A stretch of 64,000 bases of DNA from Escherichia coli. Lineage in GTDB: Bacteria > Pseudomonadota > Gammaproteobacteria > Enterobacterales > Enterobacteriaceae. Both the position numbers and the translations under genes were made by a program. Each line of letters opens with the position of its first letter. The stretch's first letter is position 1. Under the pieces are notes generated by a model. It saw only the letters and a program-made list of their open reading frames with translations. It searched no databases and had not been told where the DNA came from. The stretch is taken from NCBI RefSeq assembly GCF_030013595.1, contig NZ_CP122768.1, one strand, 5' to 3'. Below, piece after piece: positions 1-11,023 of this stretch.

Positions 1-264
1 CGGTTTATCATGACGATCATTATAAAAGTTTTCCCAGTCGAAGAACCCGTACATTTCTCCCCAACTAAAGTTAGCGCCGCCTTCCAGTTCCAGATATCCA
101 AAATCATCTTTGTGTGATTTGGTCGACGATTTCTCAGTGGTTCTGCTAGTCCAGTCAAGATAATGAATACCTATATCAGCAAAACCGCCTTTAAATTCTG
201 CATGGGATACTGCTGGTATCGCCAATACAGAAGAGAGTGTCAGAGTAAAAAGATGTTTTTTCAT
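1..264 (-). CDS. yfeN: Tsx-family nucleoside-specific outer-membrane channel, 5' portion (gene runs off window start)
   Basis: Minus-strand translation from ATG at 262-264 gives MKKHLFTLTLSSVLAIPAVSHAEFKGG... with a signal peptide; open to position 1; adjacent to xapA as in K-12. Confidence 0.7.
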   Translation of the reverse strand, partial: MKKHLFTLTLSSVLAIPAVSHAEFKGGFADIGIHYLDWTSRTTEKSSTKSHKDDFGYLELEGGANFSWGEMYGFFDWENFYNDRHDKP

Positions 265-512
265 AGCATAATTCCCTATGCCGATCGTTATTAGTTGATT
301 GCTTAATAAAAAGGTTGATTAAAAGCGGCATATTGTTAATGCAAGGGAAAGGAGAGTACCAATACAGTTTTTTCAGCCTATTAATAGTGAAAAAATATAA
401 ATATATCGATATCGAATAACTATCGGATACAAGAAAAAAGTGTATTGGTATGAGGTAGGGCAATCTCGTTATAAAAAGGCGTTAGATTCCACCCTACAAA
501 AAAAGGATATAT

Positions 513-1346
513 ATGTCTCAGGCTCAGTTTTCTCATAACCAACTGTATTGCGTAGATATTATCAAGACTTATAAACCTGATTTCACGCCACGAGTGGCCT
601 TTATTTTAGGTTCCGGGCTGGGCGCGCTGGCCGATCAGATTGAGAACTCGGTCGCAATTTCCTACGAAAAGCTGCCTGGGTTCCCGGTAAGTACCGTACA
701 CGGTCATGCGGGTGAGCTGGTGCTGGGTTATCTTCAGGGGGTGCCAGTGGCGTGCATGAAAGGTCGCGGACATTTCTACGAAGGTCGTGGGATGACCATC
801 ATGATGGATGCAATCCGTACCTTTAAGTTGCTGGGCTGCGAGTTGCTGTTCTGCACCAATGCGGCTGGCTCACTGCGTCCTGAAGTGGGGGCCGGCAGTC
901 TGGTCGCATTGAAAGATCACATCAACACCATGCCGGGAACGCCGATGGTGGGTCTTAATGATGAACGTTTTGGTGAGCGCTTCTTCTCGCTGGCGAATGC
1001 CTACGATGCGGAATACCGCGCACTGTTACAAAAAGTGGCGAAAGAAGAGGGGTTCCCTCTGACGGAGGGCGTGTTCGTCTCGTATCCGGGTCCGAATTTC
1101 GAGACTGCGGCGGAAATTCGCATGATGCAAATTATTGGTGGGGATGTTGTTGGTATGTCTGTGGTGCCTGAGGTTATTTCTGCTCGCCATTGCGAACTTA
1201 AAGTCGTTGCGGTCTCTGCGATTACCAACATGGCGGAAGGTTTAAGCGATGTGAAATTGTCACATGCGCAAACGCTGGCGGCTGCGGAGCTCTCTAAGCA
1301 GAACTTCATCAACCTTATTTGTGGCTTTCTGCGCAAAATTGCCTGA
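513..1346 (+). CDS. xapA: purine nucleoside phosphorylase II (xanthosine phosphorylase)
   Basis: 277-aa ORF, PNP family, synteny with xapB and xapR. Confidence 0.95.
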   Translation: MSQAQFSHNQLYCVDIIKTYKPDFTPRVAFILGSGLGALADQIENSVAISYEKLPGFPVSTVHGHAGELVLGYLQGVPVACMKGRGHFYEGRGMTIMMDAIRTFKLLGCELLFCTNAAGSLRPEVGAGSLVALKDHINTMPGTPMVGLNDERFGERFFSLANAYDAEYRALLQKVAKEEGFPLTEGVFVSYPGPNFETAAEIRMMQIIGGDVVGMSVVPEVISARHCELKVVAVSAITNMAEGLSDVKLSHAQTLAAAELSKQNFINLICGFLRKIA

Positions 1347-1405
1347 GAAAAACAATAAGAAACGGCCTCGCGGGTGAGGCCAAATGATGCGACAAGGAAA
1401 CGATT

Positions 1406-2662
1406 ATGAGCATCGCTTTGCGCTTAAAGGTAATGTCCTTTTTGCAATATTTTATCTGGGGGAGCTGGCTGGTTACCCTCGGTTCTTACATGATTAATAC
1501 CCTTCATTTCACCGGCGCTAATGTTGGCATGGTTTACAGTTCCAAAGGGATCGCCGCGATTATTATGCCTGGTATAATGGGGATCATCGCAGACAAATGG
1601 CTGCGTGCAGAACGTGCATACATGCTGTGTCACCTGGTGTGTGCAGGCGTACTTTTTTATGCGGCATCCGTAACTGATCCGGATATGATGTTTTGGGTGA
1701 TGTTAGTCAATGCGATGGCGTTTATGCCGACTATTGCGTTATCGAACAGCGTCTCTTATTCCTGTCTTGCCCAGGCAGGGCTTGACTCGGTGACCGCTTT
1801 CCCGCCCATTCGCGTTTTTGGTACGGTGGGGTTCATTGTCGCCATGTGGGCAGTAAGCCTGCTGCATCTGGAATTGAGTAGTCTGCAGCTGTATATCGCG
1901 TCCGGTGCGTCATTGCTGCTGTCGGCTTATGCGCTGACTTTGCCGAAGATTCCGGTTGCGGAGAAAAAAGCGACTACATCGCTTGCCAGCAAGCTGGGTC
2001 TGGATGCCTTCGTGCTGTTTAAAAATCCACGCATGGCTATCTTTTTCCTCTTCGCCATGATGCTGGGCGCGGTGCTGCAAATTACCAACGTTTTTGGCAA
2101 CCCGTTCCTGCATGATTTCGCCCGTAATCCTGAGTTTGCTGATAGCTTCGTGGTGAAATACCCGTCCATTTTACTGTCAGTTTCACAGATGGCTGAAGTC
2201 GGTTTCATTCTGACGATACCGTTCTTTTTGAAGCGTTTCGGTATTAAAACCGTCATGCTGATGAGTATGGTGGCGTGGACGCTGCGCTTTGGCTTCTTCG
2301 CCTATGGCGATCCGTCAACAACCGGATTTATTTTGCTGCTGCTGTCGATGATTGTTTATGGCTGTGCATTCGATTTCTTCAATATTTCTGGTTCGGTATT
2401 TGTCGAACAGGAAGTTGATTCCAGCATTCGTGCCAGCGCGCAGGGCCTTTTTATGACGATGGTAAATGGCGTCGGCGCATGGGTTGGCTCGATTCTGAGC
2501 GGTATGGCAGTGGATTACTTCTCGGTGGATGGCGTAAAAGATTGGCATACCATTTGGCTGATGTTTGCAGGGTATGCTCTTTTCCTCGCAGTGATATTTT
2601 TCTTTGGGTTTAAATATAACCATGACCCTGAAAAGATAACGCATCGTTCAGTTACACATTAA
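1406..2662 (+). CDS. xapB: xanthosine/nucleoside MFS permease
   Basis: 418-aa multi-TM ORF directly downstream of xapA. Confidence 0.95.
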   Translation: MSIALRLKVMSFLQYFIWGSWLVTLGSYMINTLHFTGANVGMVYSSKGIAAIIMPGIMGIIADKWLRAERAYMLCHLVCAGVLFYAASVTDPDMMFWVMLVNAMAFMPTIALSNSVSYSCLAQAGLDSVTAFPPIRVFGTVGFIVAMWAVSLLHLELSSLQLYIASGASLLLSAYALTLPKIPVAEKKATTSLASKLGLDAFVLFKNPRMAIFFLFAMMLGAVLQITNVFGNPFLHDFARNPEFADSFVVKYPSILLSVSQMAEVGFILTIPFFLKRFGIKTVMLMSMVAWTLRFGFFAYGDPSTTGFILLLLSMIVYGCAFDFFNISGSVFVEQEVDSSIRASAQGLFMTMVNGVGAWVGSILSGMAVDYFSVDGVKDWHTIWLMFAGYALFLAVIFFFGFKYNHDPEKITHRSVTH

Positions 2663-2913
2663 AAGGATTCGCAGCTCTGTTCCTTGGGGCTGCTTTTATG
2701 ATAAAGGTTAATTAGTGAAAGATATTTTATTTTCTTCTGGCGTTGGTTTTGGCATTGGTGCTTTGTTTACAATCGTGCGCTTGCCTATTCCTGTACCAAA
2801 TGTATTACCGGGTATATTATCCATTGTGTTTATGTATGTCGGATATCTGGTGGTGAAATACTTTATGCCATGATAATTTAATACGATGTATTTATTATAT
2901 GGAGCACTTAATT

Positions 2914-3798
2914 ATGGAACGCGTATACAGAACAGATCTTAAGTTGCTCCGTTATTTTCTTGCCGTAGCGGAAGAGTTGCATTTTGGTCGCGCAGCAGCG
3001 CGTTTAAATATGTCTCAGCCTCCGCTCAGCATTCATATTAAAGAGCTGGAAAATCAACTCGGCACGCAGCTTTTTATTCGCCATTCGCGCAGCGTCGTAC
3101 TGACACACGCGGGCAAAATCTTGATGGAAGAATCGCGTCGATTGCTGGTGAATGCAAATAATGTATTGGCTCGGGTTGAACAAATAGGTCGGGGAGAAGC
3201 AGGGCGGATTGAACTCGGGGTTGTGGGAACGGCAATGTGGGGACGGATGCGCCCGGTTATGCGGCGATTCCTCAGGGAAAATCCTAACGTTGACGTTCTT
3301 TTTCGCGAAAAGATGCCCGCGATGCAAATGGCCCTGCTGGAACGACGTGAACTCGATGCCGGGATCTGGAGAATGGCGACAGAACCACCGGCAGGTTTTA
3401 CCAGCTTACGGTTGCATGAATCGGCGTTTCTGGTGGCGATGCCTGAAGAGCATCATCTCTCATCATTTTCCACCGTTCCGCTGGAAGCGCTACGTGACGA
3501 GTATTTTGTTACAATGCCGCCCGTGTACACTGACTGGGATTTTTTGCAGCGAGTTTGCCAGCAGGTGGGATTTTCACCGGTTGTTATTCGCGAAGTTAAT
3601 GAACCGCAAACGGTACTCGCCATGGTCAGTATGGGCATTGGTATCACATTGATAGCGGACAGCTACGCACAAATGAACTGGCCAGGTGTCATTTTCCGTC
3701 CGCTCAAACAGCGCATCCCTGCAGATTTATATATTGTTTATGAAACACAGCAGGTGACGCCCGCGATGGTTAAGCTGTTGGCTGCATTGACACAGTAG
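2914..3798 (+). CDS. xapR: LysR-type transcriptional activator of xapAB
   Basis: ORF 2899-3798; start refined to ATG 2914 (MERVYRTDLKLLRYF..., 294 aa); LysR-type HTH N-terminus. Confidence 0.9.
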   Translation: MERVYRTDLKLLRYFLAVAEELHFGRAAARLNMSQPPLSIHIKELENQLGTQLFIRHSRSVVLTHAGKILMEESRRLLVNANNVLARVEQIGRGEAGRIELGVVGTAMWGRMRPVMRRFLRENPNVDVLFREKMPAMQMALLERRELDAGIWRMATEPPAGFTSLRLHESAFLVAMPEEHHLSSFSTVPLEALRDEYFVTMPPVYTDWDFLQRVCQQVGFSPVVIREVNEPQTVLAMVSMGIGITLIADSYAQMNWPGVIFRPLKQRIPADLYIVYETQQVTPAMVKLLAALTQ

Positions 3799-3872
3799 GT
3801 GAGGAGACAGGAATTGCCGGAAATAGTAGTCTGCTAAGTGAAGCGCATCAGGCAATTTCGCAAATCGCAGAT

Positions 3873-3902
3873 AGCAAAAAAGCGCCTTTAGGGCGCTTTT
3901 TT
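3873..3902. terminator. bidirectional rho-independent terminator (xapR on one side, tRNA operon on the other)
   Basis: GC hairpin agcgcc-ttta-gggcgct flanked by A-run upstream and T-run downstream. Confidence 0.6.
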
Positions 3903-3906
3903 ACAT

Positions 3907-3982
3907 TGGTGGGTCGTGCAGGATTCGAACCTGCGACCAATTGATTAAAAGTCAACTGCTCTACCAACTGAGCTAACGACCC
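3907..3982 (-). tRNA. lysV: tRNA-Lys (anticodon UUU)
   Basis: Reverse complement reads GGGTCGTTAGCTCAGTTGGTAGAGC...CTTTTAA...ACCCACCA, 76 nt, cloverleaf-consistent. Confidence 0.95.
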
Positions 3983-3986
3983 GAAG

Positions 3987-4062
3987 TGGTGGGTGATGAC
4001 GGGATCGAACCGCCGACCCCCTCCTTGTAAGGGAGGTGCTCTCCCAGCTGAGCTAATCACCC
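3987..4062 (-). tRNA. valY: tRNA-Val (anticodon UAC)
   Basis: Reverse complement reads GGGTGATTAGCTCAGCTGGGAGAGCACCTCCCTTACAAGGAGG...CACCCACCA, 76 nt. Confidence 0.95.
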
Positions 4063-4108
4063 ACTTCGGTACTTCACATTTTTACAAGAAATTTAGCTGG
4101 CGAGAAAG

Positions 4109-4184
4109 TGGTGGGTGATGACGGGATCGAACCGCCGACCCCCTCCTTGTAAGGGAGGTGCTCTCCCAGCTGAGCTAATCACCC
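4109..4184 (-). tRNA. valX: tRNA-Val (anticodon UAC), second copy
   Basis: Identical 76-nt sequence to the copy at 3987-4062, separated by a 46-nt spacer. Confidence 0.95.
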
Positions 4185-4442
4185 CCGCTGTGTGGAGTCG
4201 CATTATAGGGAGAGTTCAAAATGAGTCAACGCATTTTCTAAAGAAATTGTTCGTTCGTCGTAAATTTAAGCAAGATGATCGCAAAACAGACCGTTTTGCG
4301 CAATTTGTCAACGAAAACAATAATGCGTAAGGTTGCAACCCGAACTACATTGAGGAATCAGGCGGGAGTGATAGAATATCGCCCACTCAATTTTTCCAGG
4401 ATTTGCCGGTTGTCGGCATCTTTCTAAACGTAAGGCCATTTC

Positions 4443-5858
4443 ATGAAAATCAAAACTCGCTTCGCGCCAAGCCCAACAGGCTATCTGCACGTTGGCGGCG
4501 CGCGTACTGCTCTTTACTCCTGGCTTTTTGCACGTAACCACGGCGGTGAGTTCGTGCTGCGTATTGAAGACACCGATCTTGAGCGTTCCACGCCGGAAGC
4601 TATCGAAGCCATTATGGATGGCATGAACTGGCTGAGCCTGGAGTGGGATGAAGGTCCGTACTACCAGACCAAACGTTTTGATCGCTACAACGCGGTGATC
4701 GATCAGATGCTGGAAGAGGGCACAGCTTATAAATGTTATTGCTCTAAAGAGCGCCTGGAAGCGCTGCGCGAAGAGCAAATGGCGAAAGGTGAGAAGCCGC
4801 GTTATGACGGTCGCTGCCGCCACAGCCATGAGCATCATGCTGATGATGAACCGTGCGTTGTACGTTTTGCTAACCCGCAGGAAGGTTCTGTTGTTTTTGA
4901 CGATCAGATCCGTGGCCCGATTGAGTTCAGCAACCAGGAGCTGGATGATCTGATTATCCGTCGTACCGATGGTTCTCCAACCTATAACTTCTGTGTGGTG
5001 GTTGACGACTGGGATATGGAAATCACCCACGTTATCCGTGGCGAAGACCATATCAACAACACGCCACGCCAGATCAACATTCTTAAAGCACTGAAAGCGC
5101 CGGTACCGGTTTACGCGCACGTTTCTATGATCAACGGCGATGACGGCAAAAAACTGTCCAAACGTCACGGGGCGGTCAGCGTAATGCAGTATCGTGATGA
5201 CGGTTATTTGCCAGAAGCACTGCTGAACTATCTGGTGCGTCTGGGCTGGTCCCACGGCGATCAGGAAATCTTCACTCGTGAAGAGATGATCAAATACTTC
5301 ACCCTGAATGCCGTCAGCAAATCTGCCAGTGCGTTCAACACCGACAAGCTGCTGTGGCTGAACCATCACTACATTAACGCGCTGCCGCCGGAGTATGTTG
5401 CTACTCACTTACAGTGGCACATTGAGCAGGAAAATATCGATACCCGTAACGGCCCGCAGCTGGCTGATCTGGTGAAACTGCTGGGCGAACGCTGCAAGAC
5501 GCTGAAAGAGATGGCACAGAGCTGCCGTTATTTCTACGAAGATTTTGCTGAGTTCGATGCCGACGCCGCGAAAAAACATCTGCGTCCGGTAGCGCGTCAG
5601 CCGCTGGAAGTAGTTCGTGACAAACTGGCCGCGATTACTGACTGGACCGCTGAAAACGTTCATCACGCTATTCAGGCGACGGCGGATGAGCTGGAAGTGG
5701 GCATGGGTAAAGTTGGTATGCCGCTGCGTGTCGCCGTAACCGGTGCGGGGCAGTCTCCGGCGCTGGATGTTACCGTTCACGCAATCGGTAAGACCCGCAG
5801 TATCGAGCGTATCAACAAAGCGCTGGCTTTTATTGCTGAACGCGAAAATCAGCAGTAA
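4443..5858 (+). CDS. gltX: glutamyl-tRNA synthetase
   Basis: 471-aa ORF; class I aaRS HIGH-type motif ([11 protein letters not shown]) and KLSKR motif. Confidence 0.97.
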   Translation: MKIKTRFAPSPTGYLHVGGARTALYSWLFARNHGGEFVLRIEDTDLERSTPEAIEAIMDGMNWLSLEWDEGPYYQTKRFDRYNAVIDQMLEEGTAYKCYCSKERLEALREEQMAKGEKPRYDGRCRHSHEHHADDEPCVVRFANPQEGSVVFDDQIRGPIEFSNQELDDLIIRRTDGSPTYNFCVVVDDWDMEITHVIRGEDHINNTPRQINILKALKAPVPVYAHVSMINGDDGKKLSKRHGAVSVMQYRDDGYLPEALLNYLVRLGWSHGDQEIFTREEMIKYFTLNAVSKSASAFNTDKLLWLNHHYINALPPEYVATHLQWHIEQENIDTRNGPQLADLVKLLGERCKTLKEMAQSCRYFYEDFAEFDADAAKKHLRPVARQPLEVVRDKLAAITDWTAENVHHAIQATADELEVGMGKVGMPLRVAVTGAGQSPALDVTVHAIGKTRSIERINKALAFIAERENQQ

Positions 5859-5877
5859 TTAGCGCATAAAAGATAAA

Positions 5878-5908
5878 CGGCAGGAGAGATACCCCTGCCG
5901 TTTTTTAT
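5878..5908. terminator. rho-independent terminator after gltX
   Basis: Hairpin cggcaggagagatacccctgccg followed by TTTTTTATTT. Confidence 0.6.
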
Positions 5909-6301
5909 TTATTCTGATTCATCTATGTCGAGACGAGCAAGGAAATGACGAATTCCTTCGCGTGACAAAAATTGCGCAACTTTTTCCTGCTCACTGTGAG
6001 TCATATTGTCTATTGCGCTGATGATTTGCCGATAAGCAGGGGTGCGAATACCCGGTGCGTATTCGGCAAGGGGTTCTTCGGCTTCCAGAAGCATCGGTGT
6101 GTTATGGAAGGCTGGCGTGTTCTGAATAAACTCGCAAACTTGCGTATCGACCAGAATAAGTCTGGCACGACCGCCTTTCACGCCGGGAAATTTTTCCGTT
6201 TTCCAGCCTTTTTCTCTGATCCAACGGTTAACAGTTTGTTTAGCCACACCGAGGCATTCAGCCAGTTCTTCGGTGGTCATTTTATTGCGTAATCTTTTCA
6301 T
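5909..6301 (-). CDS. yfeD: putative DNA-binding protein YfeD
   Basis: 130-aa ORF, paralogous to adjacent yfeC (shared ...TVNRWIREKGW... motif). Confidence 0.85.
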   Translation of the reverse strand: MKRLRNKMTTEELAECLGVAKQTVNRWIREKGWKTEKFPGVKGGRARLILVDTQVCEFIQNTPAFHNTPMLLEAEEPLAEYAPGIRTPAYRQIISAIDNMTHSEQEKVAQFLSREGIRHFLARLDIDESE

Positions 6302-6302
6302 A

Positions 6303-6647
6303 TTATTTGCTATCGCGAATCCCTAAGCGTTGTAACAATCCGATAATCCCTTCCCGCAGAAGCAAGGATGTAAACTGTTTTTGTTCAACTGGCGTCATCT
6401 CTTTCGCCAGTGTCACCAGCAATACTTCAAGCGGCGCATCACCAGAAAGGGCAGGCGCTTCTCCCTGACCTTCTGGACGTTCAGCATTGCGAATATATTC
6501 ACGAACCTGTTCATTGACGTGAACCAGTCGGGCTTTGCCACCCTGGACGCCAGGTTTTGGTGACGTTGTCCAGCCTTCCTTGCGTACCCATTTATTAATG
6601 GTCTGGCGGCTATAGCCGGTCAGTCTGGCAAGTTCATCTGGCGTCAT
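6303..6647 (-). CDS. yfeC: putative DNA-binding protein YfeC
   Basis: ORF 6303-6662; start refined to ATG 6647 preceded by AGGAGAGG Shine-Dalgarno (114 aa). Confidence 0.85.
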   Translation of the reverse strand: MTPDELARLTGYSRQTINKWVRKEGWTTSPKPGVQGGKARLVHVNEQVREYIRNAERPEGQGEAPALSGDAPLEVLLVTLAKEMTPVEQKQFTSLLLREGIIGLLQRLGIRDSK

Positions 6648-6882
6648 CCTCTCCTTGAACATAACAATTCCCTGAATGTATGTGGGTCTATTAGTAGTTC
6701 ATTTTATAACACCACTTTACAGGAAACCGTGACATGAATAACTACTGAATGCGAGCGGTTTTCCAAAATTGTTCATTTGCCTGATTTTTCAGCGATTGAA
6801 ACTACACGTTGCAATTTGCCGTTGACACATTCGGGCGGAATTCATATGATGCCGCCCGTCAACTCGACAAGCTTTACGTGAC

Positions 6883-6958
<76 letters not shown>

Positions 6959-6997
6959 AATTTTGCACCCAACAAATTTGGTACGTAAACGCATCGT

Positions 6998-7073
<76 letters not shown>

Positions 7074-7082
7074 AATTTCAAA

Positions 7083-7110
7083 CCCTCGCTGTAAAGCGGG
7101 GGTTTTTTGT
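7083..7110 (+). terminator. rho-independent terminator of Ala tRNA operon
   Basis: ccctcgctgtaaagcggggg hairpin followed by TTTTTTG. Confidence 0.55.
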
Positions 7111-7280
7111 CTCTGCTTTTTGCCGCTTTTGTAATACAGTCTACGTCCGGGTTAGCGCCGCCTGGTGAAAACATCATTGGATGAAAAATCGGCAACAGGC
7201 TGGCCTCTGTTTGCTTCGCGATGCGAATAAACTTATTATTTGTGTGCCTGAAAACCCCGATCAGTGAGAGTAGTGTACTC

Positions 7281-9470
7281 ATGTTTGTGGAGCATAACCT
7301 GATAAAAAATATCAAGATATTCACACTAGCGTTTACGCTCACCGTGGTACTTATTCAGCTATCCCGTTTTATTTCGCCACTTGCCATTATCCATTCCAGT
7401 TATATCTTTCTGGCGTGGATGCCACTGTGCGTAATGCTGTCAATCTTGTTTATCTTTGGCTGGCGCGGTGTCGTTCCCGTTTTATGCGGGATGTTTTGCA
7501 CCAATCTGTGGAACTTTCATCTCTCTTTTTTACAGACTGCGGTCATGCTCGGCAGCCAGACGTTTGTCGTGTTGTGTGCCTGCGCAATATTACGCTGGCA
7601 GCTGGGGACGCGTTGGCGTTATGGATTGACCAGCCGATATGTCTGGCAACGTCTTTTCTGGCTTGGTTTGGTGACGCCTATCGGCATCAAATGCAGCATG
7701 TATCTTGTGGGGAGCTTTTTTGATTTCCCGCTAAAGATATCCACCTTTTTCGGCGATGCGGATGCCATTTTCACAGTCGTTGATTTACTAAGCCTTTTCA
7801 CCGCTGTGCTGATTTACAACATGCTTTTCTACTATCTCACTCGCATGATTGTAAGTCCCCACTTTGCGCAGATATTGTGGCGCAGGGATATCGCTCCGTC
7901 GTTGGGCAAAGAGAAACGCGCATTTACCTTAAGCTGGCTGGCAGCGTTAAGCGTGCTGCTACTTCTGCTGTGCACACCGTATGAAAATGACTTTATTGCC
8001 GGTTACCTGGTGCCCGTTTTCTTCATTATCTTCACCCTCGGGGTCGGTAAGCTCCGCTATCCGTTTTTAAATCTCACCTGGGCTGTTTCAACGCTTTGCC
8101 TTCTGAATTACAACCAGAACTTTTTGCAAGGGGTGGAAACCGAATATTCGCTGGCATTTATTCTCGCGGTGCTAATTTCCTTTAGCGTTTGCCTGCTCTA
8201 TATGGTGCGCATTTATCATCGCAGTGAATGGCTTAATCGCCGCTGGCATTTGCAGGCGCTGACCGATCCGTTAACGCTCCTACCCAACTTTCGTGCGTTA
8301 GAACAAGCGCCGGAGCAAGAGGCGGGCAAGAGTTTTTGCTGCCTGCGCATTGATAATCTTGAGTTTATGAGTCGTCATTACGGCTTAATGATGCGCGTTC
8401 ACTGTATCCGATCAATTTACCGTACGCTGCTGCCGTTGATGCAGGAAAACGAAAAGTTGTATCAATTGCCGGGTAGTGAACTGCTGTTAGTGCTGAGTGG
8501 ACCGGAAACGGAAGGGCGACTCCAGCATATGGTTAACATCCTGAATAGTCGGCAAATTCACTGGAACAATACCGGGCTGGATATGGGCTATGGTGCTGCC
8601 TGGGGGCGTTTTGATGGAAATCAGGAAACCCTGCAACCCTTGTTGGGGCAGTTAAGCTGGCTGGCGGAGCAATCCTGCGCACATCATCATGTGCTGGCGC
8701 TGGATAGCAGAGAGGAGATGGTTTCCGGGCAGACCACTAAACAGGTGCTATTGCTGAATACCATTCGCACGGCGTTAGATCAGGGGGATTTGCTGCTCTA
8801 CGCCCAGCCAATTCGCAACAAAGAGGGTGAAGGTTATGATGAGATCCTCGCGCGACTGAAATATGACGGCGGCATTATGACCCCGGATAAGTTTCTGCCC
8901 CTTATTGCTCAGTTTAACCTTAGCGCGCGTTTTGATTTGCAAGTGCTGGAATCCTTGTTGAAGTGGCTGACAACACACCCTTGCGACAAAAAAGGTCCGC
9001 GCTTTTCAGTCAATTTAATGCCGCTCACGCTGCTGCAAAAGAATATTGCCGGGCGGATTATTCGTCTGTTTAAGCGTTATCACATCTCCCCGCAGGCGGT
9101 CATTCTTGAGATCACCGAGGAGCAGGCGTTTTCTAACGCAGAAAGCAGCATGTACAACATCGAGCAACTGCATAAGTTTGGTTTCCGGATTGCGATTGAT
9201 GACTTTGGCACCGGCTATGCCAACTACGAACGGTTAAAGCGTTTGCAGGCTGATATCATCAAAATTGATGGCGTCTTTGTGAAAGATATTGTCACGAATA
9301 CGCTGGATGCGATGATTGTGAGATCAATTACCGATCTGGCGAAAGCGAAGTCATTGAGTGTGGTCGCGGAGTTTGTCGAGACGCAACAGCAGCAGGCGCT
9401 ATTGCATAAGCTCGGGGTGCAATATCTGCAAGGGTATTTGATTGGTCGCCCGCAGCCATTAGCTGATTAA
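7281..9470 (+). CDS. pdeA: c-di-GMP phosphodiesterase with N-terminal membrane sensor, degenerate GGDEF and EAL domains
   Basis: ORF 7221-9470; start refined to ATG 7281 (MFVEHNL..., 729 aa); multi-TM N-terminus; EAL-type C-terminus. Confidence 0.9.
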   Translation: MFVEHNLIKNIKIFTLAFTLTVVLIQLSRFISPLAIIHSSYIFLAWMPLCVMLSILFIFGWRGVVPVLCGMFCTNLWNFHLSFLQTAVMLGSQTFVVLCACAILRWQLGTRWRYGLTSRYVWQRLFWLGLVTPIGIKCSMYLVGSFFDFPLKISTFFGDADAIFTVVDLLSLFTAVLIYNMLFYYLTRMIVSPHFAQILWRRDIAPSLGKEKRAFTLSWLAALSVLLLLLCTPYENDFIAGYLVPVFFIIFTLGVGKLRYPFLNLTWAVSTLCLLNYNQNFLQGVETEYSLAFILAVLISFSVCLLYMVRIYHRSEWLNRRWHLQALTDPLTLLPNFRALEQAPEQEAGKSFCCLRIDNLEFMSRHYGLMMRVHCIRSIYRTLLPLMQENEKLYQLPGSELLLVLSGPETEGRLQHMVNILNSRQIHWNNTGLDMGYGAAWGRFDGNQETLQPLLGQLSWLAEQSCAHHHVLALDSREEMVSGQTTKQVLLLNTIRTALDQGDLLLYAQPIRNKEGEGYDEILARLKYDGGIMTPDKFLPLIAQFNLSARFDLQVLESLLKWLTTHPCDKKGPRFSVNLMPLTLLQKNIAGRIIRLFKRYHISPQAVILEITEEQAFSNAESSMYNIEQLHKFGFRIAIDDFGTGYANYERLKRLQADIIKIDGVFVKDIVTNTLDAMIVRSITDLAKAKSLSVVAEFVETQQQQALLHKLGVQYLQGYLIGRPQPLAD

Positions 9471-9476
9471 CAGGCG

Positions 9477-9510
9477 TAAAAAAACCGGGGAATTATCCCC
9501 GGCTTTTTTA
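9477..9510. terminator. bidirectional rho-independent terminator between pdeA and nupC
   Basis: A-run, ccggggaattatccccgg hairpin, T-run. Confidence 0.6.
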
Positions 9511-9519
9511 TGTATGGTC

Positions 9520-10722
9520 TTACAGCACCAGTGCTGCGATTGACGCAGACAGCACACTCACCAGGGTAGAGCCGTAAACCAGTTTCAGACCGAAGCGAGA
9601 AACCACGTTACCTTGCTCTTCATTCAGGCCTTTAACTGCACCTGCGATAATCCCGATTGAAGAGAAGTTAGCGAAGGAAACCAGGAACACAGAGATGATG
9701 CCTTCAGCACGCGGAGAAAGTGTAGAGGCAATTTTCTGCAGATCCATCATCGCAACGAACTCGTTGGAAACCAGTTTGGTCGCCATGATACTGCCCACTT
9801 GCAGTGCTTCACTGGAAGGAACACCCATCACCCATGCAATCGGATAGAAGATGTAGCCCAGGATGCCCTGGAAGGAGATGCTGTAGCCAAACCAGCCAGT
9901 CACGGTGGCAAACAGTGCGTTCAGCGCGGCGATCAGGGCGATAAAGCCGATCAGCATCGCGGCAACGATAATGGCGACTTTGAAACCTGCCAGAATGTAT
10001 TCACCCAGCATTTCGAAGAAGCTCTGACCTTCGTGTAGGTTGGACATCTGAATGTTTTCTTCACTGGCATCAACACGGTAAGGGTTGATCAGCGACAGCA
10101 CGATAAAGGTGCTGAACATGTTCAGTACCAGTGCCGCAACGACGTATTTCGGTTCCAGCATGGTCATGTATGCACCAACGATGGACATCGACACGGTGGA
10201 CATCGCCGTGGCAGCCATGGTGTACATGCGATTGCGGGAGATTTTGCCGAGGATATCTTTATAGGCAATAAAGTTTTCAGACTGACCCAGAATCAGGGAG
10301 CTGACGGCGTTAAAGGATTCCAGTTTGCCCATGCCGTTGACTTTGGAGAGCAGGAAACCAATTGCGCGGATAATCACCGGCAACACGCGAATGTGCTGGA
10401 GAATACCGATCAGTGCAGAGATAAAGACAATTGGGCACAGCACTTTCAGGAAGAAGAATGCCAGGCCTTGATCATTCATGCTACCAAAGACGAAGTTAGT
10501 CCCTTCGTTGGCAAATCCGAGCAGTTTTTCGAACATTTCGGAGAAGCCTTTCACGAAGCCTAAACCAACGTCGGAGTTCAGGAAGAACCACGCCAGTAAC
10601 ACTTCGATAACAAGCAGTTGAATAACATAACGGATACGAATTTTTTTGCGGTCGCTGCTTACCAGCAGTGCGAGAATCGCAACAACGGCAAGTGCCAGTA
10701 CAAAATGAAGGACGCGGTCCAT
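9520..10722 (-). CDS. nupC: nucleoside:H+ symporter (CNT family)
   Basis: ORF 9520-10761; start refined to ATG 10722 (MDRVLHF..., 400 aa) with GGAG RBS. Confidence 0.95.
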
Positions 10723-10992
10723 ATTTGCTCCAAATATGAGGCAGGTTAAATTTCCGTGCACATTCTATGTAACATGGTTAAGGAAAACGAGATCTGACAC
10801 ACACTATAATGACGTCCTGTGACAAGCTTCAAAAATAGTGAGCTGTCATACATTTCTGCTATGTTGTGTATGGAAGCTGAAAGTTATGTAAATGTGCTAA
10901 CATTAAACATAACCATAACATTCAAGTCATCAATCTTTTCGTAGTCATAATCCTGGTCTATCAGAGAAATCACCACAATCCATTTAAATGAA

Positions 10993-11011
10993 TTTGATAA
11001 TCATTCTCGTT
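10993..11011. promoter_or_regulatory. putative Fur box in mntH promoter
   Basis: tttgataatcattctcgtt resembles the GATAATGATAATCATTATC Fur consensus. Confidence 0.45.
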
Positions 11012-11023
11012 TGGCATAGCATG

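Noticed and set aside
7415-7723. 102-aa ORF inside pdeA on the same strand in another frame
   Set aside because: Fully nested in the pdeA coding region with no independent start signals; an alternative-frame artefact
9471-10761. Expected IS186 copy between nupC and pdeA as in K-12
   Set aside because: No IS-like sequence is present; the interval holds only a bidirectional terminator. It is a strain difference from K-12 rather than a feature, and my recollection of the K-12 IS186 position is from memory
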